Origin: Chrysomallon squamiferum
Taxonomy: Eukaryota; Animalia; Mollusca
Assembly: GCA_012295275.1 (NCBI GenBank)
Contig: CM022666.1
Span: 15,438,001 to 15,502,000, forward strand
Direction: 5' to 3'
DNA: 64,000 bases
A model generated the notes under the pieces. The model was not told the origin of the DNA. It did no database searches and saw only the letters and a list, made by a program, of their open reading frames with translations. Position 1 is the stretch's first letter. Every line of letters begins with the position of its first letter. Positions 33,651 through 52,916 of the stretch are shown here, one piece after another. The position numbers were made by a program, and so were the translations under genes.

Positions 33651-34809
33651 AGGTTAAATTCAGTAATCAAGTATTTTGAGTTAAGTGAATTCTCCGCTGA
33701 AATAAAATACCAAAGATACAGTTATATTTGTTCGTTTTGTTGTTGTTGTTGTTGTTTTTTTTTTTTTTTTTTTTTTTTTTCTTCCTTAATATTAACGGCT
33801 AAAATATGTAGTATAGATAATATATAATTTATATAAAAGTATATCATATAGGTTGTACGTAATTTGAAATATATATCATAGATCGGATGTAATTTCTTTA
33901 ACTCTTTTATATCCTGTAAGTTTATTTTTAATTATAAAGTTTTTTTTTTATCTTTCTTCTTTATCATTTTAGCATTTGCAACATTCGTATATTACAAAGT
34001 TGAATCAGAAAGAAAATAGTATAAATTTATAGATTCTGTTTTAGTTTATTTCGTATAAATATATTTATTTATTTATTTATTTATTTGTTTGTTTGTTTGT
34101 TTATCTCATATTTAAAGACTATATATATTTTTTTTTCTGTTTCACTAATTACTTATTTTCACTTTCGTATGAGCAATAATTTCAAGAATATTATTTTAAT
34201 TTCTAGTACAATAAATAATATAATAAGAGTAACTTGTTACGTGAAGTACTTGAGAAAGTCCAATGTGAATGTGTCACGTATAATTTGGTGCTATTTTTAA
34301 TGTACTTGTTCATTCGTTGTAGACTGCTGCTAACAGTGAACATATATACAAGTTTAGATTTTGTTTCTTTAACATTTATCATATAAAACTGCCTATTTCT
34401 TATTATCTACTTCTCCTTTAAAAAGGAAGAAAACAAAAAGAAAGAAATTTAGGATAGATAAAATTGTATCATATAAATAAATAAATAAATAAATAAATTA
34501 AATTAATTAATATCTACTGTTTTTTACGCAAACCAACGACAGAGACTAGTTTAGTTTACATGGAACTGGTAAATATAGTAAACTTTGTTATTATCATAAA
34601 ATGACGCATTCGCTGTCTACCTCAGTTAGTACTGTCCGTATTTAACGACCATTTTGCTGTTTTATGCAAGGTGAAAGGACACTTGTTGAAAATTTGTGGT
34701 TACGTCTAGTTTGCATTAAGAGTAGAAATAATGTCGAACTATTGTCTAACTGCTTATTATGTTATTTATTGTTCGAATGGTTTATAATCGCTAATATTAC
34801 TAATAATAC

Positions 34810-35890
34810 CCTACTACTACTACTACTACTACTACTAGTGATACATAATATGTATATACACTATACTATACTATAAATACAAAACATGCTGTAAATTATA
34901 ATAAATACTATTACTATTAATATCCTACTACTACTACTACTGATACATAATATGTATACACACTATACTATACTATAAACACAAAGAATGCTATAAATTA
35001 TAATAACTACTATTACTACTAATACCCTGCTACTACTACTAATGTATATACACTATACTATACTATAAATACAGGATTATGCTATAACTTATAATAACTA
35101 CTATTACTATAAATACAGGTTGCTGCTACTACTACATAATATATATATACATATACTATACTATAAACACAAATAATGCTATAACATTGTAATAACTACT
35201 GTTACTACTAAGAAGACTGCTACTACTAGGAAATGATATATATATAAACTATACTATATAAAGAAAAAAGAATATGCTAAATGAATTATAACAAACTGTT
35301 ACTGTTACTACTGCTAAAAGTTTAAACTACTACTACTGATATGGATACTATATATATATATAAACATTGTTCTATACTATAAATACAGGATACAACAAAA
35401 TTCTATTAAAACTACACTGTGTTACTTGTTTAATACCCTTGCTACTACTTTAAACAACTACTACAGGACGAGGACTAGTAATGATACTTAATTATATACA
35501 TACACTGTTTTGTTTATAAATGCAGGATATGCTATAAATTATTTTTGTAACTACTGTTAACTACAGTTAAGGCTACTACTACACTATGATACACATATGT
35601 ATATACATAACTATAATATGCTATAAATGAGGATGTGCTTGAAGTTTTAAATAAAACTACTGTTACTACTAATACCCTACTACTACTACTACTAGTGATA
35701 CATAATATGTATATACAGGGAATGAACTATACTATAAATACAGAATATGTATATTATTTACAATAGCTGTTTTGTTTATTAATTAATACGCTGCTATTAC
35801 TTTATTCTACAACTACTTTGGAATACTAAGGATACAAAACATGCTGTCTTTTTAAAACACTGAACTCTACTATAAATACAGGTTATGCTA
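34810..35890. repeat. About 70-75-bp minisatellite array
   Basis: Repeated ctactactact..gatacataatatgtatatacactatactatactataaatac..gctataa; a shorter relative lies at about 22440-22590. Confidence 0.85.
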
Positions 35891-36844
35891 CAATCACAGT
35901 GTTTTTTAAAACATTTTTTGGTTAACGTAACGTGTGTATAACATTGTAATCCTTGTTTAGCAAGAAGAAGGAAATCGGAGGAAATGATACGAAATAAATA
36001 AATAAATAAAGAAAGAAATTAAATTTAAAGAGTTGAAACAAAATCTGAACACTAAAAGAAAAGTTTAAAATAAACTGATAGAGATGGAGAGTTTTAAAAC
36101 ATTGTTCTTGAAATAATAATGACAACAAAATTCTCATTCAAACTTGAATGTTTTATTTCTTGTTTTAAAAAAAGAAAGAAAGCGCAGAAAAATACAGTTT
36201 AATTTCTCGACCTTTTGTTTATTCATGCTTAATATCTGTATGATTACATTTTTGTGAAAGTTAACTACAGTTAAGGAGAGGACATCACTATGTTTACATC
36301 ATAAACAAACATTCGCACGAACTGCTCAGGTGAGATGTACTTGAAGTTTTAAATAAATTGTACGTGATGTCACACACTGGTTGAACTAGTGAACCAAACA
36401 AAGAAAACAGAGGGAATGAACAGATAAAACTATTTATTTAACTCACGTATTTGTTTTATTTGCTGTTTGTTTTTTTTTATTAATTAATTAATTAATTAAT
36501 TTAATTAATTAATTTATTTATTAACTAAAAAACTTTTTGGAGCAAGACAGAAATCTACAAAATATCTAAAGTGGGTTTTTTCTGTTTTTTTTTTTTTTAA
36601 AAGTTGTTATAAATACTGTTGTAATATCAGTTTTAACATTAGAACAAAAGACGGACTCTTCTTAGTATAAACTGTTTTAGCCACAAAATAATATTTTTAA
36701 ATAAACAGTTATCAGGAAAGAAAAATACAGTTTATTTATTTTTATTTATTTATTTATTTTCAAATCAAAAAAATAAGTTTTTTTGGTTTTCTTCTGAATG
36801 AAAGTTTTGTAGTAAAGAAAACGAAAGAGGTCTTACTTAAATAA

Positions 36845-41640
<4,796 letters not shown>

Positions 41641-41717
41641 TATCAAATCTTTAAGGTCAGGCACAAAACAAAAAAAAAAAAAAAAAAAAAAAAAAACAAT
41701 AAAAATAAAAATAAAAA

Positions 41718-41772
<55 letters not shown>

Positions 41773-42572
41773 TAATTTCTCGACTTTTTGTTTCTTCATG
41801 TTTAATCGATGTATGACTATACTTATATTGACTGGAACTTCAGTCAACGGAGGTAATCATCGTCATGGTTACACCATAAACAAATGTTCGTTTGACCCAC
41901 GCGTGTCAAACTAAAGAACAAAACAACGAAGACTTCAGGGTCTGCTTAATAATTAGAAAAGAAGAAATCAACAAATAACTTCTTTAATATTAGTATTTGT
42001 TTGTTTATGTATGTAGTATGTATGTATATATTTACTTATTTATTTGTATCTTTAAATAAATCTACCTGTTTATGGATATATTTATGTGTATGCATTAATT
42101 AATTAATTATCTAATTAATTTATTGTTGTTGTTTTTTTTGACACCTAAAAGGAACGAGCGCAGAACAAATGAAAGAAACGTAATTTAATGTTAATCCTTT
42201 GAAATTTTAAGTGAGATGTAAAAGTAAGTAAATAAATAAGTAAGTAAGTAAGTAAATATAATAAAAATAAGCGTGAATGAATAAACAGCAATATGAAAAG
42301 GAGGAAAGAAGGAGGGAAAAAGAGAACTTAAAATAATGTCCTGACTAAAACCAACAACAGCATACACCACTTGAAATTTTATAACGCGGCTTTGTCTAGA
42401 AGTGACAAAGTACGATGACTCACTCAAGTTTCACAATCCAAATAAGCAGTGATCATTGGTTACATACAAACACAGGTAAAGACACGTCTTTATAGCAAGG
42501 GAGGTATATGATAAAAAAGGGTCGGAAGACTTTGGTCCGCGGGCCACATCCGACCCGCGAGAGATTTTGTGT

Positions 42573-42627
<55 letters not shown>

Positions 42628-43571
42628 TGTGTGTGTGTGTGTTTGTGTCTGTGTATGATACTTTTGATATCTTGGCCCTCCCCAAAACACTGCATAACTG
42701 TCAGGTCTCCTCTCTCCAAAAGGTTGTTACGACCCTCTTTAAAAAAAACAGTCGTCCCACGGCGTAGTAATATTACCGCAGTGGTTAAATCAAGCCTTAT
42801 AAGGAGATTTGAGATTTCTGCATTGTGTGACTATTTCTACAGGACTGATATAAAAAAGACGAAGGATCGAATCTGAGTTGAAGCTTAAAAGAAAATAACT
42901 GTCAACTTTATCTTAAAACAAGACTGAATTTTGACTTAGGTAAGATCACTTTGTTTTTTCTTATATTATTATTGTGGTTGTTGTTGTAGTTGTCGCAGTT
43001 GTTAATGATGATGATGATGATGATTTTACTTTATTATTAGCATGACATTAATGAAGTTTTGTAGGCTTACTCTCATTTCTGTTATATTCTGTTTAGTGAT
43101 GTAAGAAATGAAAGTCGTTGTCTTTACTGTAAAGTCTACTATTAGAAGTAAGATACGTTTTATATACGTCTTCCCACAGATAAAATAAAGTTCTTATTGT
43201 TATATTATTGTTTCTACTATTACTATTAGCAGTAGTGATGTTATTGGTATTTTTGTTTTAGTTGTTATTCAAATCATTGTTATTATTATTGTTGTTATAA
43301 AATTTGTTGTTATTATTATTATTGTCATGCGTCACATTAATTCAATTTTGTAAACTTACACTGATCTCTGTTAAGCTGTTTTTATTCAAGTAAGGAAATA
43401 AAGTCGCTGTCGTTACAACAAAGAATACTCTTACTAGCAGTAATATATATTTTATATGCGCTTTCCCATAAACACGAAAATACATACTTCTTTGATAAAC
43501 CAGTAAAGAGAAAAAGTCTGATTCTTCGTGCAATGAGGGCATCCTCGGGACCTGTCTCTTAGCCATAAATA

Positions 43572-43771
43572 NNNNNNNNNNNNNNNNNNNNNNNNNNNNN
43601 NNNNNNNNNNNNNNNNNNNNNNNNNNNNNNNNNNNNNNNNNNNNNNNNNNNNNNNNNNNNNNNNNNNNNNNNNNNNNNNNNNNNNNNNNNNNNNNNNNNN
43701 NNNNNNNNNNNNNNNNNNNNNNNNNNNNNNNNNNNNNNNNNNNNNNNNNNNNNNNNNNNNNNNNNNNNNNN
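43572..43771. other. Assembly gap (200 N)
   Basis: Run of n characters. Confidence 1.
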
Positions 43772-43891
43772 TTTAAATGTGATTATTTATTTTAAAATAC
43801 AGTTAAACCAGAATATATCAAATCTTTAAGGTCAGGCGCAAAAGAAAACAAATGAAAAAAAAAAAAAACAATAGCAATAAAAATAACCAAA

Positions 43892-43965
<74 letters not shown>

Positions 43966-44710
43966 TAATTTCTCGACTTTTTGTTTCTTCATGTTTAATC
44001 GATGTATGACTATACTTATATTGACTGGAACTTCAGTCAACGGAGGTAATCATCGTCATGGTTACACCATAAACAAATGTTCGTTTAACCCACGCGTGTT
44101 AAACTAAAGAATAAAACAACGAAGACTTCAGGGCCTGCTTAATAAATAGAAAAGAAGAAATCAACAAATAACTTCTTTAATATTAGTATTTGTTTGTTTA
44201 TGTATGTAGTATGTATGTATATATTTACTTATTTATTTGTATCTTTAAATAAATCTACCTGTTTATGGATATATTTATGTGTATGCATTAATTAATTAAT
44301 TATCTAATTAATTTATTGTTGTTGTTTTTTTTGACACCTAAAAGGAACGAGCGGAGAACAAACGAAAGAAACGTAATTTAATATTAATCCTTAGAAATTT
44401 TAAGTGAGATGTAAAAGTAAATAAATAAATAAATAAGTAAGTAAGTAAATATAATAAAAATAAGTGTGAATGAATAAACAGCAATTTGAAAAGGAGGAAA
44501 GAAGGAGGGAAAAAGAGAACTTAAAATAATGTCCTGACTAAAACCAACAACAGCATACACCACTTGAAATTTTATAACGCGGCTTTGTCTAGAAGTGACA
44601 AAGTACGATGACTCACTCAGGTTTCACAATTCAAATAAGCAGTGATCATTGGTTACACACAAACACAGGTAAAGACACGTCTTTATAGCAAGGGAGGTAT
44701 ATGATAAAAA

Positions 44711-44775
44711 AGGGTCGGAAGACTTTGGTCCGCGGGCCACATCCGACCCGCGAGAGATTTTAGTCCGGCCCGCCA
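44711..44775 (+). mobile_element. Possible hAT-Charlie-type MITE terminus remnant (second copy at about 42517-42568)
   Basis: GC-rich agggtcggaagactttggtccgcgggccacatccgacccgc..ccggcccgcc resembles the CAGGGGTCGGCAAAC..GGCCCGCGGGCC..ATCCGGCCCGC left end of Charlie-family elements (from memory). No matching right end or TSD was seen. Confidence 0.4.
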
Positions 44776-44883
44776 CCTGAACACTTGGACATCAGTTGTT
44801 ACATTAACTTCGTTGTTTTTCTTTAAACCTCCAGACCTGCTAGAATCCCTGTTTGGTGCTCAGTAATGAAGATATACCTGAGA

Positions 44884-44931
<48 letters not shown>

Positions 44932-46436
44932 TGATACATTTGATAGTTTGGCATTCCCCCAAAACACTGCATAACTGTCTGGCCTCCTCTCTCCAAAAGG
45001 TTGTTACGACCCTCTTTAAAAGACAGTCGTGCAACGGCGTAGTAATATTACCGCAGTGGTTAAATCAAGATATATAAGGAGATTTGAGGATTCTGCAGTG
45101 TGGGACTATTTCTGCAGGACTGATATAAAAAAGACGGAGGACACTGAAGTGGATCGAGTCTCAGTTGAAGCTTAAAAGAAAATAACTGTCAACTTTATCT
45201 TAAAACAACACTGAATTTTTACTTAGGTAAGATTACTTTATTATTCTTATATTATTACTGTGGTTGTTGTTGTAGTTGTAGCAGTTGTTAATGTGATGAT
45301 CATGATGATTTTACTTTGTTATTAGCGTCTCCTTAATGCAGTTTTGTAGATTTATTCTGATTTCTGTTATATTGTGTTTAGTAATGTAAGAAATGAAAGT
45401 CGTTGTCCTTACTGTAAAGTCTGCTATTAGAAATAGGATATGTTTTACATACGTCTTCCACAGATAAAATAAAGTTCTATTTGTTATATTATTATTTCTA
45501 CTATTACTACTAGCAGTAGTGATATTGTTAGTATTGTTATCTTACTTGTTATTATTGTTATTATTGTTATTATTATTGTTATTGTTAAATTTGTTGTTGT
45601 TCCTGTTGTTGTCGTCGCGTCCTCACATTAATACACTAATGATTTTTGCAACATTGTTTTTATTCAAGTAAGAAAATAAAGTCGCTGTCGTTACCCCAAC
45701 GACTACTCTTACTAGCACTAAGATATATTTTATGTTTGTCTTCCCATAAACGTAAAAATCCATACTTCTTTGATAAACGAGTGAAGAGAAAGTTTCATTG
45801 CTTCTGTAACGAGGGGCGATCGCACGACCTGTAACGTGTGAAAGTTTTGTCTTAGATCTGAGATTCAACATGCTCCGTATTTGTGTCCGTCGTTGTCGAA
45901 GTTGTTTAGTCCTAGTTAAATTGTATTAATGACAAGGAAAAAAGAAAAAAGAAAACAAATTCTGTTTCTCACCTGATGAACGTTCGAAAGTTGTTCTTTA
46001 ATTCATCACATTTTGATAACAGAATAATTCATGGACATAAAAGAAAATATCAATTTGATTTTACGTACTAGATGAACGAATCATAAATTTCACAATTTAT
46101 AAAAATTTATGTAATTTAAGAACATAAGATATAATAAGAGAAACACCTTTCTACAATGTAGCAATGCTGCACGTATTTTTCAGAACACGATAGTTAATTT
46201 TCTGTCTCTTTTCACATTGTTATCGTTGTTATTGTTATGGGTCCATTTATTTATTTATCTATTATTCTTACTGTTATTTATCAATGTAATCAGTGCTAAT
46301 TATAAATAAACCAGTTTGTTAAGTTCTTAAATGCTTACTCAGTAAATAATAATAATAATAATGAAATCATAATCAGCAATAATAATTTTAATTTTTTAGC
46401 CGGATCATCTCATTAACAAAGAGACGCTGTTGAACG

Positions 46437-48755
46437 ATGGCTGAAAAAGCGGCTATACCACTTACAGAGCTACAAGAGCAGTTTGCTACTTGTAGTATAT
46501 GTAAGGATTCGTTTGATGAGGAAGATAAATGTCCACGTATACTGCCGTGTTATCACACTTTCTGTACTACTTGTCTTCATAGAATCTGGAACAATTCAGA
46601 ACACGGACTTGTATGTCCTAACTGTAGAAAATCGTGGCCTGTTAACAACTCCATAGAACAGTCGTTTGAGCGAAACAGAAGTGTATGCAATTTAGTGGAG
46701 TATCTGAACATGAAGAACAAACCGGACCAGTTATTATGTGAAATCTGTGAGAGAATTTCTAAAGCAACACACTGGTGCCAAGATTGTGACAATTACTTGT
46801 GTGATGAATGTCTGCTGGCTCACAAGAAAATTAAAGTTACAAAACAACATAAAACGATTTCTTTAACAGAACTGCGTCAGACCACCTCAGATGAATATTT
46901 TCTTCAGCAGAAAGAGATGTGTAAAGTTCATGACAATATGAAACTTGATCTGTTTTGTAAGCAGTGTTGGTCACCTATCTGTGCTGCTTGTGCTCCTGTT
47001 TCTCACAATAATCACCTAATCTGTAATTTGAAAGACATTCACGAAGAGAAGAAACGTTACATCATGAGCGAACTAAACAAGTTACAAGCCTCAAAAGACG
47101 TTTCAGAACAACACAGCAAGAAACTGAAGAAAGAAAACAGAAAACTGGATGGACGCAAAGCACATCTCTTGAAAACAATTGATGACTCGTATGACACAAT
47201 CATAGCAAAATTATCGCAGAGAAAGGATCAGATGAAACAAGATGTTGTTTCCAATATAGCCAAACAAAAAGCTGTGCGAGATAAACAGATAAAAGTGATT
47301 GCTGAGTCACAACGTGAAAAGAACGATCATGTTCTATACTGTCAACAGGCGATGCAGTTTGCACGAGGTGGAGAGTTTCTACAGATGTGTGAGTCTCTAG
47401 AAAAGAGGATTCAGTCTCTAACTGAAAGTCTACAGCTGGTTGATATTCCCATGCAGCAAATCACCTTGGACGACACGTTTCAACAAGTCAACAAAGTGTT
47501 GGAGAGAAGTGTTACTTTGTATGATGGCATAATTTTCAAGGAGGACGATACAGGTATGAATTTTAATGCTAATGATAATAATAAATGTGAAGGTAGGGAA
47601 GCTATTGGATCTCTCCGAAACGAATTCATTCGGTTAATTAATATATTCCTGTAGATTATTTGTATTAAAAAGATATATGTATTGTTAGTGAACATCGGAA
47701 CGTGACATTTTGTTTTTGGTATTTACCCGCAACATCATGTGTAATACATCTATTTTTAGCCTAACATTGCAAACACTTATGTTTCAGCCGCCAAAAACCC
47801 AATGACTTTAGATAAAGTGTTAGAAGAAGTTCACTGAAAATATTCCGGTCTATTTATTCAGTGTACTAGTTACTTATTAAACGGTCTGAAAGTAAACAGT
47901 TCAAACTCTCATACCGACATGATAAGAAAATTGACTCGGTGCGCATGCGTGATATACACTGAATCGTTGACTGATGGGGCAACATTGCTGTGATGGTCGG
48001 AAATATAGTTGTTCTATGAACATTGTCTACAAATATCTTTGAAAGTATAGAACAGGTCTGCATAGTGAATGTCAAATGATGGACACCTACCAGTAAAAGA
48101 ATGCTACTAAATGTAAGAGATATAAATCGGATCTTTAATAATAACTGTTACAGATTTCCTAATGTGTTATACAATTTTAGCTTTAATACAGTAGCAAATA
48201 AAAAACATAATAAATAATTGTGGAAAAGAAAAACAATAGTTTGGCTTTTACTCCAAACACTTTTTGATTAATATTAGTTAGATGCTGATCGGCATCGCAT
48301 ACAATTTTATTTTATGTATAAAACAATTTCGAGGTACATGCGTAGCTTTACACTGATTACAACGTTAATTTGAAAATATACAGCAGTTGAATAATGAAAA
48401 GGTAAGTTATTATTATGGTTACTACGGTAGATTTTATTTCTACGTAAGCTGACCTACTTATAACATCGAGTCGCGTGTCTTGTCTGGTTCGAGCACATTT
48501 TGAGAAGCGAACATCGAGGCGGTATTTTTCATTGTTAACAGGTTCACAAATTTTGAATGAATTTATAGATTTTGTATAGATAAGTAGATAACGTGTTTTC
48601 AGTTTAATTAGGTAGTTAATATTTTAATAGTTCTGTCATTCAGTATTTTTATTTTTCACACTTCTATTCCTAATTTGTAAAGTAATAAAAAGTTTTACTA
48701 CTAATTTTTCATTTTGTAAAAACACTACTAGTATTACTTCTGATTTTACAGTTGT

Positions 48756-48822
<67 letters not shown>

Positions 48823-49468
48823 TTTACAGAATCACCTGAAACAAGAAAACTTCTGTGTTTAAAACCTGAACCTGTCAGTCACAGAGGAATCTACAGAGAA
48901 GTTTCATGTAAGTAACAATTTTTATTTATTTACTTCTAAATATAATAATGATGATAAAAATACATGATGATAATGTTGATAAAGACAACAATAATAATAA
49001 CAATAAATAATCTTTAAAAAAAAAAAAAATTAATTATCAGTTGTGTATATTGAAAGTAAACAACATTATAATAAAATTTAAATGTAGAATTAAATTATTT
49101 TAATAAAACATTTTATTTATTTACTTTCATTTTTTAAGTGTAAAAACACAAGTTTTAAAATTGTATTTGATTGTTAACAATTGTATAAAGTGACAGTGCA
49201 GTTTGTAAAAGTGAAATATTTAACAACATATTTTATTTTCACAGTGACACCAATGAAGTTTTCAGAAAAAACACTAAACTGGGAGACATGTTGTATTAAT
49301 GAAAACAAGGAATTAGTTAACAAAAGATCTGTAGAAGAAAACCAAAATGAAGACAGGATGAAAGTTATGAGTGGAGTAACAGGTGACAGAAGTTTTACAG
49401 AAAACAAATGTTACATTTGGGAAAGTGAAATAACCTGTCACATTTTAGAAAGTGAACAACTGAATTAA
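46437..49468 (+). CDS. TRIM E3 ligase copy 2: RBCC intact, SPRY-like exon truncated by a premature stop as assembled
   Basis: join(46437-47553,48830-48907,49245-49468); same exon sizes (1117, 78) as copy 1; about 60 of 372 aa differ in the first coding exon; TAA at 49466-49468. Confidence 0.8.
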
Positions 49469-49891
49469 GTAGCAGCTCAGATTGGAATCTGTGAGGAGAG
49501 ACATTGTGATGAGGAATTTCAAATAGCTAAAATAAACATGCTTGGTGTGTTAGTTTTATCAGCTGTAAAAATCACAACAAAATGTGTTTTTATGTTTATT
49601 CCTGTGGTGAGTACAAGTGTGATGTTCCAGTGTGTGACTATAAAACAAACACACTAGTCCACACATCACTTACACTAGTACTAGACACACAAAGTAAAAC
49701 ACTGCACATAATAAACACAGACACTAACACACTTGTACACACACTGACTGATGTTGATGTGTCACAACCGTTGATACCTGTGTTTGCTGTTTACAGTTCT
49801 GACCTATTTTGATGTGAAAGTGAAAATTTTACCTGATTTATCAAAGAATTCCACTTTGCTCAAACTGATCTCTTCTTTAATCTGCCCATAA
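49245..49891 (+). pseudogene. Disrupted SPRY-like exon of TRIM copy 2
   Basis: Relative to copy 1: AAA>TAA at 49466, a 1-nt deletion near 49530 and a net 1-nt insertion near 49800. Confidence 0.65.
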
Positions 49892-50052
49892 AGTAAAATT
49901 ATTTAACAAAACAGTAATTACTTTAAAAACAAACAACAAAAGTAAATTTGTAAAGTAAATAACTGTCTGTCTGTCTGTTATTGTTTATCTCTGTACTATA
50001 TTTAAATAAACTAAATATAAATATTCTCAGTGACAAACACAGGCTATCAGTG

Positions 50053-50116
<64 letters not shown>

Positions 50117-51039
50117 ACACACACACACACATTTACACACACACATACACACACACAGACATACAGATGTACACACACACACACACACATGGACTATTAC
50201 ACTTACTATCTAAATTATTTGTAAAAGTAATAAATTTGTAAATTTTCAGTTTTAAATCTCATTAGAAGTAATCCTCAGTCTACAGTGTCTCTCTACACCT
50301 CCACTCCATGTTGACTATCTAGTCTACTTTGTTAATTAGTTAACTCTTTATGTGCTGTGTACCTGTGTTTTTGTGAAGAGTAAATTAACTGTTTGAACAC
50401 ATTACACTGTATTACAATACACGTGTAACAGGTAAATGTTTCACTTTATATTTCTGATTTAAACTGAAATGAAGTTTTTATTTTATACACTTAAACTGTG
50501 ATTTCATTTAAATAATGAGTGAAAGGAGACTAGAATTTACATAGTTTTTATTAGAATGAATTGCTGATCTCATATTTCATATATTTATTGTTACTGCAGT
50601 AAATTATGACAATAGTAATGTTTTGTGAAATCTGTGGATTTTGTGCAATGTGACATTACTGAATTTTGTGCTTTATTTAACAGAAGAAATTTGAAAAAAA
50701 AATTGTTGAATTTTTGTTTATTTAATGCTTGTTAATTTGATGTCAGAATTATTGATTGATTTAAAAAAAAAATAATAATAATAAATGTGATATTCTAAAA
50801 ACTGATTTTTGTTTTTACTGCTAAATGTGTATAATGTTTATGTAGAAAATGATTGCTGTGTTATTTTTCATTCATTCCTTCTTTGTTTCCTTCCTTAGTT
50901 TTATATTTATTATTATATTTATTATTTTATTAATTTATTTCATTTTAACTTCTTCATTCTTTCCTGTATTCTGTCATTCAGCTTTTTTTTTTTCTTTACA
51001 TTTGTTTCTTTTTTCTTCTACAATCTTCTCTTTTCATTT

Positions 51040-51116
<77 letters not shown>

Positions 51117-51479
51117 CTACTTCAAAGCTGATTTAATTACAGTTAAATTGTAAATGTTTGTACAAAATGTTTATTTATTTATTTATTTATCTGTTTATCT
51201 GTCTGTCTGCCAGTACTTCTTTTTGCCTATTTCCTTGTTTGATGTCATACATTCAATATTCTTTAATTTGTTATTTTATTTATTTATTTATTTTTTTTTT
51301 ATTTATTTATTTTATTTTATTTATTTATTTATTTATTTATTTATTTGTTTTTTTATTTATTTATTTTTTTTATTTATTTATTTTTATTTTTTTATTTATT
51401 TATTTATTTTTTTTATTTTTTTATTTTATTATTTTTTTATTTTTCCTTTTTTTTTATTTTTATTATTTTATTAAAAAAA

Positions 51480-51522
<43 letters not shown>

Positions 51523-51938
51523 TTTTTTGTTGTTGTTTTTTTTTTGCATTTCATTTTTTTTCCTTTCATTTATTTTATTTTTGTTTTAATATTTATTTAT
51601 TATTTTTTTTTTATTTCCTTTTTTTTTTTTTTTCTTTTTAATCTACTTTTTACTTGTTTTTTTTTATTTTTTGTTTTAAAAAAAAAGCTTTAAAAAAAAA
51701 AAAAAATTGTGTTATGTAATTAAATGTGGTTCATTGAAAATCAATGAAAATTATTTTTTTTTTTTTTCATTTTTTATTTTTTTTTTTTCTTATTTCATTA
51801 TTGTTTTTTTTTTTTCATTTTTTCATTCTTTCCTTTCTTATATACTATTATTTTCTTTTTTGTTCCTTCTCATTTCTGTAAACTTGTATTAAGTTTTAAT
51901 TGTTTTAATTGTTTCAGAATTAAGTTTATGTAAAAAAA

Positions 51939-51969
<31 letters not shown>

Positions 51970-52031
51970 AATATGTTTTGTATATATATATATATTGTGT
52001 GTGTGCATATATGTCTGTATATATATATATG

Positions 52032-52066
<35 letters not shown>

Positions 52067-52878
52067 TGAATATATATATATGTGTGTTTATATATATGTG
52101 TGTGTGTCATGTGTGTGTATATATGTATTTTTTTTTTTGTGTATACATGTGTATATATATGTATGTATGTATATATGTGTTTAATATTTATATATGTATG
52201 CATATATATATGCTTTTTTTCAATTTTTGTTTTTATATATATATATGTGTGTGTGTGTGGTGTGTGTGTGTGTGTATATGTGTATGTATATTTACATGTG
52301 TGTATGTGTATATATAGATATAGACATGTTATATATTCAATATTCCTTATTTTGTTATTTATTTATTTATTTACTTTTTTTATTATTATTATAATTATTA
52401 TTATTATTATTATTTTGTTTTAGTGTACATTTCTGTTTTCTTTCATGTAATTTTCTTTTATTTTAATTTTTATTTATTTATTTTTCATTTTTTTTTTTTT
52501 GTATTCCCTTTTTCCTTCCATATTTTTTTATTTTCTTCTTTGCAAAAAGAGCAAAGAAAAAAAGTGTCTATTATGTAATTTAATATGGTCCTTTTAAATT
52601 TAATGAGAATGACTGTTTTCATTTCTTTTGTATTTCTTATTCCATCTATTTCATTATCTTGTTTCATTCTTTCATTCTTTCCTTTCTATATTTTATTACT
52701 TCTTTCTTTCTTCTTTCTCATATTTCTTTAAACTTGTGTTACATTAATTGTTTCAGATGTGAAAAATAACTAACTTGTAAATTTTCTACAATCATTGTGA
52801 AAGATACATTGTGTGGCAAAATCTGAAACATTCATATTTTTAATTTTCTTCCAATGGTTAATTTTGTTCTCTTATATA

Positions 52879-52916
<38 letters not shown>

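Noticed and set aside
33473-35890. CRISPR-like appearance of the short repeat arrays
   Set aside because: The context is eukaryotic, the units are degenerate and head-to-tail without unique spacers, and there are no cas genes.
51150-52740. T-rich duplicated-looking region as a functional element
   Set aside because: It is homopolymer-rich, low-complexity and probably low-quality sequence.
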